Position numbers and translations under genes: made by a program. Below, in pieces: positions 34,814 to 42,742 of a stretch of 42,742 nucleotides of DNA (position 1 is its first letter; every line of letters begins with the position of its first letter). Source of the stretch: a virus. Its lineage: Duplodnaviria; Caudoviricetes. Where the stretch lies: positions 1-42,742 of IMG/VR virus record IMGVR_UViG_3300008116_000220, one strand, 5' to 3'. The notes beneath the pieces were generated by a model, which was not told where the DNA came from, did not search any database, and was given only the letters and a program-made list of their open reading frames with translations.

Positions 34814-34825
34814 TGTCTTATAAAT

Positions 34826-34897
34826 GGTTCTGTTGCTTATTGGTTAAATCCTACACCTTATAAGTGTAAGAAGAGAGTTCAATTCTCTCCAGAACCA
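34826..34897 (+). tRNA. tRNA-Ile(UAU)
   Basis: Acceptor GGTTCTG/CAGAACC; anticodon arm TACAC-CTTATAA-GTGTA; T arm GAGAG-TTCAATT-CTCTC; one D-stem mismatch. Confidence 0.85.
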
Positions 34898-34901
34898 CCT
34901 T

Positions 34902-34986
34902 GGGAGCGTGGTGGAATCGGTAGACACACCTGACTTAAAATCAGTTGGGCATTATGCCCGTGGGAGTTCAACTCTCCCCGTTCCTA
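34902..34986 (+). tRNA. tRNA-Leu(UAA)
   Basis: Acceptor GGGAGCG/CGTTCCT; anticodon arm CTGA-CTTAAAA-TCAG; variable arm GGGCATTATGCCC; T arm GGGAG-TTCAACT-CTCCC. Confidence 0.92.
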
Positions 34987-34999
34987 TGAGGTTTATCCT

Positions 35000-35006
35000 C
35001 TAAATA
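35000..35006 (+). promoter_or_regulatory. Late promoter CTAAATA
   Basis: Consensus match 22 nt before ATG35029. Confidence 0.6.
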
Positions 35007-35028
35007 GTCAAAAGTAAAGGACTATTCT

Positions 35029-35298
35029 ATGAAATACAGAATAGATGCCAAATATGTTTGGTATAATCGAGGAACTGAAATTGTTCTTTTGTATTTCATA
35101 AATCAAATTCCTTTTACCTTTGACGATCTTCCAAAAGAATCTTTGTTCGACTTGGAATTGATTAAATTGGCAGACAACGAAAGACGATTTGAACCAGAAG
35201 ATCTTTATCAGGCATCATATTACTTAATGCTTGAAGAATGTCATCCTCTTTTATATGAGTTGGAACTGGAAAATCCAGAAATGTTGCCTGCTGATTAA
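35029..35298 (+). CDS. Conserved cyanophage hypothetical protein (89 aa)
   Basis: YVWYN....IVL.YFIN.IPFTFDDL...EDLY.AS.YL..EECHPL..ELELENPE; has a late promoter and SD. Confidence 0.8.
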   Translation: MKYRIDAKYVWYNRGTEIVLLYFINQIPFTFDDLPKESLFDLELIKLADNERRFEPEDLYQASYYLMLEECHPLLYELELENPEMLPAD

Positions 35299-35299
35299 T

Positions 35300-35371
35300 G
35301 CCCTTGTAGCTCAGTGGTAGAGCAACGGTTTTGTAAACCGTTGGTCGCTGGTTCAAATCCAGTCGGGGGCT
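35300..35371 (+). tRNA. tRNA-Thr(UGU)
   Basis: GCCCTTG..TAGCTCAGTGGTAGAGC; anticodon arm ACGGT-TTTGTAA-ACCGT; T arm GCTGG-TTCAAAT-CCAGT. Confidence 0.95.
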
Positions 35372-35392
35372 TTAGTTCTTATAAAACTATAA

Positions 35393-35566
35393 ATGAAAAT
35401 ATCCTTATGGTACTGCGAATCTATGAAACAGTGGAGATGGACACTCACTGACGATTCGAGACCAATCATCAAACAAGAATCAGGACAGCAACCATTTCTT
35501 CGTGATGCTATGGGTGATGTGGCAAATACAGTAGAGTATATGATGAAATGTAAGCAATCTGAGTAA
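35393..35566 (+). CDS. Small hypothetical protein (57 aa), below the ORF-track cutoff
   Basis: Read by hand: MKISLWYCESMKQWRWTLTDDSRPIIKQESGQQPFLRDAMGDVANTVEYMMKCKQSE. Same strand as its neighbours. Confidence 0.72.
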   Translation: MKISLWYCESMKQWRWTLTDDSRPIIKQESGQQPFLRDAMGDVANTVEYMMKCKQSE

Positions 35567-35614
35567 AACTTAACTTTAATATATACTAATTGTAATCGCT
35601 TAGTTTTATAAGTC

Positions 35615-35809
35615 ATGGGTGAAGAATTGCAAAATCAGATTAATAGTCTTTTAAATCGGAAAGAAGAATTAACCTTAAAATTAAATGAAATTAAAGATAG
35701 TATATTGAGAATAGATAAAGTAATAGAAAATACTACTCAATTGATGAACACAGTATTTGTTGAACCCGAAGATAATAATTCAGAATCTCCTGAATCTGAA
35801 GAAAATTAA
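35615..35809 (+). CDS. Small coiled-coil hypothetical protein
   Basis: Heptad pattern LQNQINSLLNRKEELTLKLNEIKDSILRIDKVI, acidic tail, followed by a terminator. Confidence 0.6.
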   Translation: MGEELQNQINSLLNRKEELTLKLNEIKDSILRIDKVIENTTQLMNTVFVEPEDNNSESPESEEN

Positions 35810-35829
35810 ACTTAAAAAATTATAACTCG

Positions 35830-35853
35830 AAACCTCCCTCCGGAGGTTTTTTT
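35830..35853 (+). terminator. Rho-independent terminator
   Basis: AAACCTCC-CTCC-GGAGGTTT stem-loop followed by a T run. Confidence 0.85.
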
Positions 35854-35858
35854 GTATG

Positions 35859-35865
35859 ATAAATA
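35859..35865 (+). promoter_or_regulatory. Late promoter ATAAATA
   Basis: Directly after the terminator, about 30 nt before ATG35895. Confidence 0.65.
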
Positions 35866-35894
35866 ATCTATAACGGAACTATAAGTATAATAAA

Positions 35895-38800
35895 ATGGGT
35901 CTTTCTAGATTAGAAAATTTTATCAAGTCAGTTCGTGGAACAATCATATATGTAGATCCTAATAGTTTAGATTCTACAGATAGTATTGAAAATCAAGGAA
36001 ATTCTTTAACCAGACCTTTTAAAACCATTCAAAGAGCTCTGATTGAAGCATCAAGATTTTCTTATCAAAGTGGATTGAATAATGATAAGTTTGCTAGAAC
36101 TACTATTTTATTATATCCAGGAGATCACATTATAGATAATAGACCTGGAGTAGTGCCGGGAGTATCATCTGTATCTGAATTCACCTTAGAATCTAATTTT
36201 GATTTAAATGACCCAATAAATGAACTTTATAAATTTAATAGTGTTTATGGTGGGGTAATTGTACCTCGTGGAACATCTATTGTAGGTTTGGATCTTAGAA
36301 AAACTAAAATAAGACCAAAATATATTCCAAATCCTTTAAATGATAATGTTGATAGGTCTTGTATTTTTAGAGTAACTGGTGGATGCTATTTTTGGCAATT
36401 TTCAGTTTTTGATGCAGATCAGAATGATTTTTGCTATATTGATTATAGTAGCACTACATCTACTCCTAATTTTTCGCACCATAAACTTACTGTTTTTGAG
36501 TATGCTGATGGCGTTAATAACGTTCTTTCTTATGGAAGAACAGACCTTGAAATATATTATGAAAAAATAGGTCTTGGGTATGGTCCATCTTCAGGTAGAG
36601 AAATATTAAATGATTATCCAAGTGCTTCTTTGGATATTGAACCAAAAGTAGATGAATATAGAATTGTTGGTTCTACTGGAGAAAGTTCAGTAATATCCAG
36701 CATTTCTGCATCTGGAAATACAATTACTGTTACACTTTCGTCCGAAATCATTGGATTGGAAGTAGATACTCCCATACGTGTTTCGGGAGTAACCCCTACA
36801 GTTTGTAATGGAAATTATGTTGTTTTTGAAAAATTAAGTAGCACTCAATTCAAATATAAAACTTCATCAACTCCATCACCAGCACCAACTGTTAATGGAT
36901 CTTCTACAATAACTCTTACTTCAGATACGGTAAATTCTGCATCTCCATATATTTTCAATTGTTCTTTGAGATCTGTTTATGGAATGTGCGGACTTCTTGC
37001 TGATGGAAGTAAGGCTCTTGGATTTAAGTCTATGGTTGTTGCCCAATTCACTGGGATTGGATTGCAGAAAGATGATAATGCTTTTGTAGTTTATAGTGAA
37101 GACTCTGGAACATATGTTGGAAATGAAACGGCAGGCAATGAGAATATTAGTACAAACTCTAGAGCAATATTTAAACCAAGTTATAGAAATTTCCACATTA
37201 AATGTATAAATGATGCGTTTATACAAAACGTTTCTATATTTGCTATTGGATATGCAGAACAATTTGTAGTAGAAAGCGGTGGCGATCAATCTATTACAAA
37301 CTCAAACTCTAACTTTGGGGCAAAGGCATTAATTGCATCTGGATTTAGATCTAATGCGTTTTCTCAAGATGATTGTGGATATATCACTCACATTATACCA
37401 CCAAAGGAAATAACAACAAAAGAAAATGCAGTTGAATTTTATGCTATTGATATATCAAGAACAAAATCAGTAGCAAATAATGCTAGATTATATCTGTATA
37501 GTCAGACGAATAAAGATATTCCTCCCGACAACGTACTTCAGGGATATAGAATTGGTGCAAAACCAATTGATAAATTGAACGTTGTTATTAGTGGAGTTGA
37601 AAAAAGTGCAACAATAACAATTCCTGGAACATCAAATTCATATGAAAAAGTGTCATATGTTGCTAGAAGTTCTGGAACTAATTCTATTTCAAGTAATACT
37701 TTAACTCTTACTGCTACTCATTCTTTTTCTACTGGAGAAACTGTAAGAGTTTTAAGTAATACTGGACATCTTCCTGATGGACTCATTCCAAATACTGTTT
37801 ATTATATAATTAATGCTTCATCTAATACTATCAAATTAGCAAAAACACAGAGTGATGCTACTGTAGGTAATGCAATAACAATTAATAATAGAGGTGGTGA
37901 ATTAGAAATTGTAAGTAGAGTATCTGATAAAAATTCTAATGATATTGGTCATCCAATTCAATGGGATGATTCTAATAAGCAGTGGTATATTAGTGTAGAA
38001 GGACCGAATGATATTTACACTACCATAAGTGCTCTTACTATACCTTCAACTTCTAGAACATACATTAAACGTAAAGGTGATGATAGAAATTCTATAGATA
38101 CTATCTATAGACTAAGATATGTAATACCAAAAGATTTGGGTGGATCTTACGCAAAACCACCTAGCGAAGGATATATTGTCCAAGAATCTAATAGCACTAT
38201 TGGTAAAAATAATACTGAGATAACAAAGTATTTTGATCACACTGGATCTACATCAATTTCAAATCGCAACGAATTAAGAAATTTTAGAATTGTTTCAAAT
38301 GCAACTTGGTCTTCTAATATTGCAAGTATTACTACAGAACTTCCTCATAATTTAAGAATTGGGGATCAAATTGAAATATTAAACATAACCAGCACAAATA
38401 ATACCTCTGGACAAAAAAATGCTGGATATAATGGAACTTTCAATATTGTTGGTATTAGTAGTTCTAAGCATTTTTCAGTGAATGTATCTTCCAATCCAGG
38501 TACTTTTACTAATAACATTCAAAGCAGAACTACTTCACTGCCATATTTTAAGAGGAAAAAATATAATAATGTTTATTATGTTTATAGAGTTGAAGAATAT
38601 CAAAAATATATTGAAAATAAGCAAGATGGAATTTATTACTTAACTGTTTTAAATTCTTCAAACAGTCCTGTAGATAATCCATTTACGGGAGAGAAGTTCT
38701 CGCAACCAGTCAAAGAACTTTATCCTCAAACAAATAGAGATTATCCAATTTCTGATCCAAACGAGACGAAATGCTTTGCAGTATCGTCTCCAATAGGAGA

Positions 38801-41800
38801 AGTTGTTGTTGATGATGTTCAAAGTAGCATTACTAAAGAAACAGTTTCTAAAATATTGTTAGATAATGGTTCTGGAATAGGAATTACAAATATAGTTTCG
38901 AGCAATGCTACAACTCACGAAATTTATACTTCAGTTGATCATGGTCTTGGTAGAATTACAAAATTAGAATATGTTAATAGTAGTCAAAAAGGAGTTAATT
39001 ATACTGAAGGAACTTTTTATAATGCAACGTTAGTTGGGGTTGCTGGATCTACTATCGGAAGTGGAGCAACATTAAAAGTTGTTACTAATAGTAGTGGAAA
39101 TGTAACCCAGTTTAAGATAATGGATGGGGGAAGTGCTTATGGTATTGGAAATACTTTCTCTGTAGTAGGAATAGCAACAACTACCGGACACGTTCCTGTT
39201 GTACTAAGAGTTGCTGCAATTTCTAACAATGTAGGCGATGTAGTTAGAATTTCTGGCGTCACTTCAGAAAGAACAAAGGGATATAATACTTTATATAGAA
39301 TTTCTAACGTTACTGTTGGATCTAGAAATAGATTTACTGCAATTTCTTTTGATTCAGTTTCTAATCATAGTACATCTGGAATAGGATCAATAGTTACTAA
39401 TGATGCTTATGTTTATGATTGTGGAAAGTCTCTTTCTGTGTCAAGTATTGCTTATAACAATGTTACTGGATTGGCAACAGTTACTACTTCTAGCAATCAT
39501 GATTTTTATGCGAATAATAAAGTAAAAATTGTTGGAGCATCCAATAGTTTTTATAATGGAGATTTTATAGTAAAAGAAAAAGTTGCATCTACAAGTTTTA
39601 TTCTTAATGTTGGTGTGAGTACAAACGTTCCTGCAGTTTCGGGAACAATTTATGCATATCCGTTAGGAGTAACTTCAAATGACGGTGAAATTACTTCTAA
39701 CTATGAAAACTTAAGTGGAAGAATGGTTCCAATTTCTTTTGGAATTACCGCTACACTTTCTGCTCAACTTTCCTCAAGTACAACTACTAATTTTAGTTCT
39801 ATTACTAGTATTGGAAATTTGGATATTAATGTTGGCGATTATTTCCAGGTTGATGATGAAATAATTCAAGTTAGAAAAATAACTTTTACTGGAACTCCTC
39901 CATATCTAAGCAGTATTGATATTCAACGTGGTGTTTTGGGAAGTAGAGCATCAATTCACGCAAGTGGATCTATACTGAGACAAATTCTAATTAAACCAGT
40001 TGAGATGCGAAGACACTCTATTCTTCGTGCTTCTGGACATACTTTTGAGTATGTTGGATTTGGTCCTGGAAATTATTCTACATCTTTCCCTGACAAACAA
40101 AACAGACAAATTACTGGCACTGAAGAAATACTATCTCAATCCACTAGAAGAGAAGGTGGTGCCACTTTCTATAGTGGTATGAATGATAAAGGAACATCAT
40201 ATACTGGAAATAAAAAAACAAGTATTCTAAGTGGAGTAGAGGAAATATTCGATACTCCAATTCCTACGGTTACTGGCGAAGATATTGGAAATATCCCTAA
40301 CATAAATCTTATAAATTCTGTGGAAGGTAATTTTACAAGATCAATAAGTGTTGATGGTGGACCTGATGGCAATGTAATTTCTGAATTTAAAGGTCCTGTA
40401 GTATTCAATGAAAAAGTCACTTCATTATCGCCGAAAGGATTTGAAGTTAATTCTTTGTTTATACAAGGAGAAAACGCTGTTTCCAGAAAATATACTTCTG
40501 GCGAAACTGAACCAACTATTGCAGGAAATCCTGGAGATGTTCAGTACAATTCTAATCCAAGTAGCACTGATTATTTCGGATGGGTTTATACAAGAAATAA
40601 TGAATGGAAGATTTTTGGTAAAATAGGATCAATTGAAGATTTGCTTGGAGTTGGAGTTGGTACTGAAGGTGGATATGTTGGATTCTCTAGTGCAATTAAT
40701 TTTAAGGGAAATAATATTACTATTGCCTCTCAATTTAATTCTTCAACTGGCATTTCTACTCTTACCTTTACTGGACTTAGCACGGCTCAAATATTAAATA
40801 ATCACACTCTTACTGGATCTTCTGGTAATAGATGGACAGTGGTTCCTACTATTTCTGCCTCTGGTGTTGTAGAGCTTGGAAAAGTTGTTGATTTTCATAA
40901 TGTAGGAACAAGCACTACTGATTATACATTTAAACTTGAAAATGGTACTGCAGGAATATTAACTGCATATGGAGATCTAAAAGTTATTGAAGATCCTTTA
41001 AGAACTTCAACTACAAATGGAACTATTGAGTTGAGTGGAAGATTGGGATTTATAACTCCAAGTGATAAGTATATTGATTTATATACCAATTCTGGTGCAA
41101 CGAATTATACAACTTATATTAGATTGTTGAATAGTGATGGAACTTCTCAAAAAAATGCCATTACTGCAACATATGGTGGAGATGTAAAGTTATACTATGA
41201 TAATTCTGAAAAACTTTCCACTCTTATTGATGGCGTATCTATAACAGGAAAAGTAACTGCTACATCAGTAATTGTTGGATCTGGGGTAACAATTAGCTCT
41301 TCGGGTATAAATGTTGCTGGTATTGTGACTGCCAATTCATTTTTTGGTACTGCAACAAATGCAACTAATGTTAATATTTCTGCAACAACATCCGCTGATA
41401 CAACAAATTCTGTAGTTCTCGTAGCGAATCAATCTACAGGTGCGCAAAATGTATTTATTGATAGTGGATTAACTTATAATGGAGTTAGTAATACATTAAC
41501 TGCAACTACGTTTGATGGAAATGCAACCAGCTCTACATATTCTAAGACTATTCCTCAGAATCCAAAAACTTCTGCTTATATCTTAGATGTTTCTGATTCT
41601 GGAAAACATATTTCGATTACTACTGGAGGAGTTACTGTGCCTGCAGGTGTATTCTCTACTGGAGACACCGTTGCAATTTTTAATAATTCTAGTTCCAATC
41701 AAACAATCACTCAAGGAACAAATGTAATACTTCGTCTTGCTGGAACAGCATCTAGTGGAAATAGAACACTTGCTCAATATGGAGTATGTAACATACTTTG

Positions 41801-41852
41801 TGTTTCTGGAATAACAACTACGTTTGTGATTTCTGGTTCAGGATTGAGTTGA
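35895..41852 (+). CDS. Giant virion structural/tail fibre protein (1985 aa)
   Basis: Cyanophage fibre N-terminus MGLSRLENF....IYVDP...D...N.G.SL.RPFKTIQRAL; beta-helix motifs (ASPYIFNCS, SNSNFG, SGHTFEYVG); several H.F..G(D/E) modules; C-terminal IPQN...AY.L..SD.GK...FVISG.GLS domain. Confidence 0.8.
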   Translation: MGLSRLENFIKSVRGTIIYVDPNSLDSTDSIENQGNSLTRPFKTIQRALIEASRFSYQSGLNNDKFARTTILLYPGDHIIDNRPGVVPGVSSVSEFTLESNFDLNDPINELYKFNSVYGGVIVPRGTSIVGLDLRKTKIRPKYIPNPLNDNVDRSCIFRVTGGCYFWQFSVFDADQNDFCYIDYSSTTSTPNFSHHKLTVFEYADGVNNVLSYGRTDLEIYYEKIGLGYGPSSGREILNDYPSASLDIEPKVDEYRIVGSTGESSVISSISASGNTITVTLSSEIIGLEVDTPIRVSGVTPTVCNGNYVVFEKLSSTQFKYKTSSTPSPAPTVNGSSTITLTSDTVNSASPYIFNCSLRSVYGMCGLLADGSKALGFKSMVVAQFTGIGLQKDDNAFVVYSEDSGTYVGNETAGNENISTNSRAIFKPSYRNFHIKCINDAFIQNVSIFAIGYAEQFVVESGGDQSITNSNSNFGAKALIASGFRSNAFSQDDCGYITHIIPPKEITTKENAVEFYAIDISRTKSVANNARLYLYSQTNKDIPPDNVLQGYRIGAKPIDKLNVVISGVEKSATITIPGTSNSYEKVSYVARSSGTNSISSNTLTLTATHSFSTGETVRVLSNTGHLPDGLIPNTVYYIINASSNTIKLAKTQSDATVGNAITINNRGGELEIVSRVSDKNSNDIGHPIQWDDSNKQWYISVEGPNDIYTTISALTIPSTSRTYIKRKGDDRNSIDTIYRLRYVIPKDLGGSYAKPPSEGYIVQESNSTIGKNNTEITKYFDHTGSTSISNRNELRNFRIVSNATWSSNIASITTELPHNLRIGDQIEILNITSTNNTSGQKNAGYNGTFNIVGISSSKHFSVNVSSNPGTFTNNIQSRTTSLPYFKRKKYNNVYYVYRVEEYQKYIENKQDGIYYLTVLNSSNSPVDNPFTGEKFSQPVKELYPQTNRDYPISDPNETKCFAVSSPIGEVVVDDVQSSITKETVSKILLDNGSGIGITNIVSSNATTHEIYTSVDHGLGRITKLEYVNSSQKGVNYTEGTFYNATLVGVAGSTIGSGATLKVVTNSSGNVTQFKIMDGGSAYGIGNTFSVVGIATTTGHVPVVLRVAAISNNVGDVVRISGVTSERTKGYNTLYRISNVTVGSRNRFTAISFDSVSNHSTSGIGSIVTNDAYVYDCGKSLSVSSIAYNNVTGLATVTTSSNHDFYANNKVKIVGASNSFYNGDFIVKEKVASTSFILNVGVSTNVPAVSGTIYAYPLGVTSNDGEITSNYENLSGRMVPISFGITATLSAQLSSSTTTNFSSITSIGNLDINVGDYFQVDDEIIQVRKITFTGTPPYLSSIDIQRGVLGSRASIHASGSILRQILIKPVEMRRHSILRASGHTFEYVGFGPGNYSTSFPDKQNRQITGTEEILSQSTRREGGATFYSGMNDKGTSYTGNKKTSILSGVEEIFDTPIPTVTGEDIGNIPNINLINSVEGNFTRSISVDGGPDGNVISEFKGPVVFNEKVTSLSPKGFEVNSLFIQGENAVSRKYTSGETEPTIAGNPGDVQYNSNPSSTDYFGWVYTRNNEWKIFGKIGSIEDLLGVGVGTEGGYVGFSSAINFKGNNITIASQFNSSTGISTLTFTGLSTAQILNNHTLTGSSGNRWTVVPTISASGVVELGKVVDFHNVGTSTTDYTFKLENGTAGILTAYGDLKVIEDPLRTSTTNGTIELSGRLGFITPSDKYIDLYTNSGATNYTTYIRLLNSDGTSQKNAITATYGGDVKLYYDNSEKLSTLIDGVSITGKVTATSVIVGSGVTISSSGINVAGIVTANSFFGTATNATNVNISATTSADTTNSVVLVANQSTGAQNVFIDSGLTYNGVSNTLTATTFDGNATSSTYSKTIPQNPKTSAYILDVSDSGKHISITTGGVTVPAGVFSTGDTVAIFNNSSSNQTITQGTNVILRLAGTASSGNRTLAQYGVCNILCVSGITTTFVISGSGLS

Positions 41853-41889
41853 TTCTTAAAAGTATTAAATAATTCTTTTTTATTATTAA

Positions 41890-41896
41890 ATAAATA
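41890..41896 (+). promoter_or_regulatory. Late promoter ATAAATA within an inverted repeat
   Basis: Consensus match 22 nt before ATG41919; AAGGA SD at 41913-41917. Confidence 0.6.
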
Positions 41897-41918
41897 ACTA
41901 AAAGAATAATTTAAGGAA

Positions 41919-42251
41919 ATGGCAGTTCCGTCAGTCAATATTGTCATAGAGAAGGGTACAGATTATCAAGAAGTTTTTACTGTCAATAACCCTGACGGAT
42001 CTCCTTTGGATTTGACTGGCCATAGTGGAGTATCAAAGATTAAAAAACACCCAGAATCAATTTCTTCTACATCTTTTAATGTAGGAATTGTTTCTGCTGC
42101 TGGACAGGTAGTTGTCTCTCTTGCAAATACAATTACCTCTAGTCTGAGTCCTGGAAGATATTATTATGATGTAATTGTCATTTCTTCCATCGGCAAAAAA
42201 ACAAAAGTTGTGGATGGTATGGTGATAGTAAATCCCACAGAATCCCTATAA
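41919..42251 (+). CDS. Small beta-sandwich virion protein (fibre adaptor-like)
   Basis: NIVIEKGTDY...F......PLDLTG....IKKH......G.V..SL....T..L.PGRYYYDV......KVVDG...V.P motif. Confidence 0.78.
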   Translation: MAVPSVNIVIEKGTDYQEVFTVNNPDGSPLDLTGHSGVSKIKKHPESISSTSFNVGIVSAAGQVVVSLANTITSSLSPGRYYYDVIVISSIGKKTKVVDGMVIVNPTESL

Positions 42252-42742
42252 TGCCTTCAGTTTCTCTTGGAAGTACTGGTTATAATATTGTTGTTGGATC
42301 ATCCGCACAAATTTCTGTTGCGACAACTTCGTCACACCAAGAAATTAACAAAGTAACTATTGGATATTCTCCATCACTTAAAGCAACAAGAGAAGCTAAT
42401 AGTCTTCAGGGAGTTCAGGGAATTCGGGGAGTTTTTGGTGGTCAAGGAACTCAGGGAACTCAAGGATTTATAGGAGATCAAGGAACACAAGGAATACAAG
42501 GTCCTTTAAGTAATTTCCAAGGAACTCAGGGAACTCAAGGATTTAGTGGAGAATATGGATCTCAAGGTGATCAAGGAACTCAAGGACTTCAAGGACTTCA
42601 AGGAACTCAAGGAACTCAAGGTGTCCAAGGTCTTTTAGGTGATCAAGGTACTCAAGGTACTCAAGGTACTCAGGGATTTAGTGGAGAATATGGAGCACAA
42701 GGTAATCAGGGTGTCCAAGGTCTTTTAGGTGATCAAGGTATC
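42251..42742 (+). CDS. Second collagen-like fibre protein, 3'-truncated by the window edge
   Basis: ATG42251 overlaps the previous stop (TAATG). MPSVSLGSTGYNIVVG...SLQGVQGIRGVFGGQGTQGTQG... stays open to the window end. Confidence 0.85.
   Translation, partial: MPSVSLGSTGYNIVVGSSAQISVATTSSHQEINKVTIGYSPSLKATREANSLQGVQGIRGVFGGQGTQGTQGFIGDQGTQGIQGPLSNFQGTQGTQGFSGEYGSQGDQGTQGLQGLQGTQGTQGVQGLLGDQGTQGTQGTQGFSGEYGAQGNQGVQGLLGDQGI

Noticed and set aside
34498-35616. Minus-strand ORFs 34498-34791, 35162-35356 and 35353-35616
   Set aside because: Antisense to tRNAs and to better-supported plus-strand genes.

Overview
AT-rich 42.7-kb segment of a T4-like cyanomyovirus (Kyanoviridae-type). The gene content suggests a freshwater Synechococcus/Cyanobium host, but this is inferred. 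The window opens with a replication and metabolism block: 3' end of thyX, two small paralogous ORFs, a free-standing HNH homing endonuclease, phoH, an exonuclease, gp33, gp59, a DUF1825-like gene and gp32. A minus-strand block follows (gp53, gp48, gp2, gp4). Next is a long plus-strand baseplate and tail block: gp54-like, gp26, gp51, two tape-measure-like genes (the second with cell-wall hydrolase domains), a hub gene, CP12, a gp5 split around a PA14-repeat protein, fibre genes and a 990-aa Gly-X-Gln collagen-like protein. An early-promoter island with four tRNAs (Leu-CAA, Ile-UAU, Leu-UAA, Thr-UGU) interrupts the late genes before a 1985-aa fibre and a second, truncated collagen-like gene. Five observations stand out. 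(1) A candidate programmed -1 frameshift (T TTT TTC, an upstream SD-like run and a downstream hairpin) would fuse gp26 to gp51 just before the tape-measure genes, resembling the lambda G/GT tail-chaperone system. (2) A 60-bp leader element occurs twice, 31 kb apart, each copy ending exactly at an ATG. (3) A promoter-inside-a-hairpin architecture recurs several times. (4) A 20-aa leader ORF is coupled to gp48. (5) The second tape-measure-like protein has an apparently circularly permuted M23 peptidase domain. All family assignments are from motif recognition by eye; no database searches were run.
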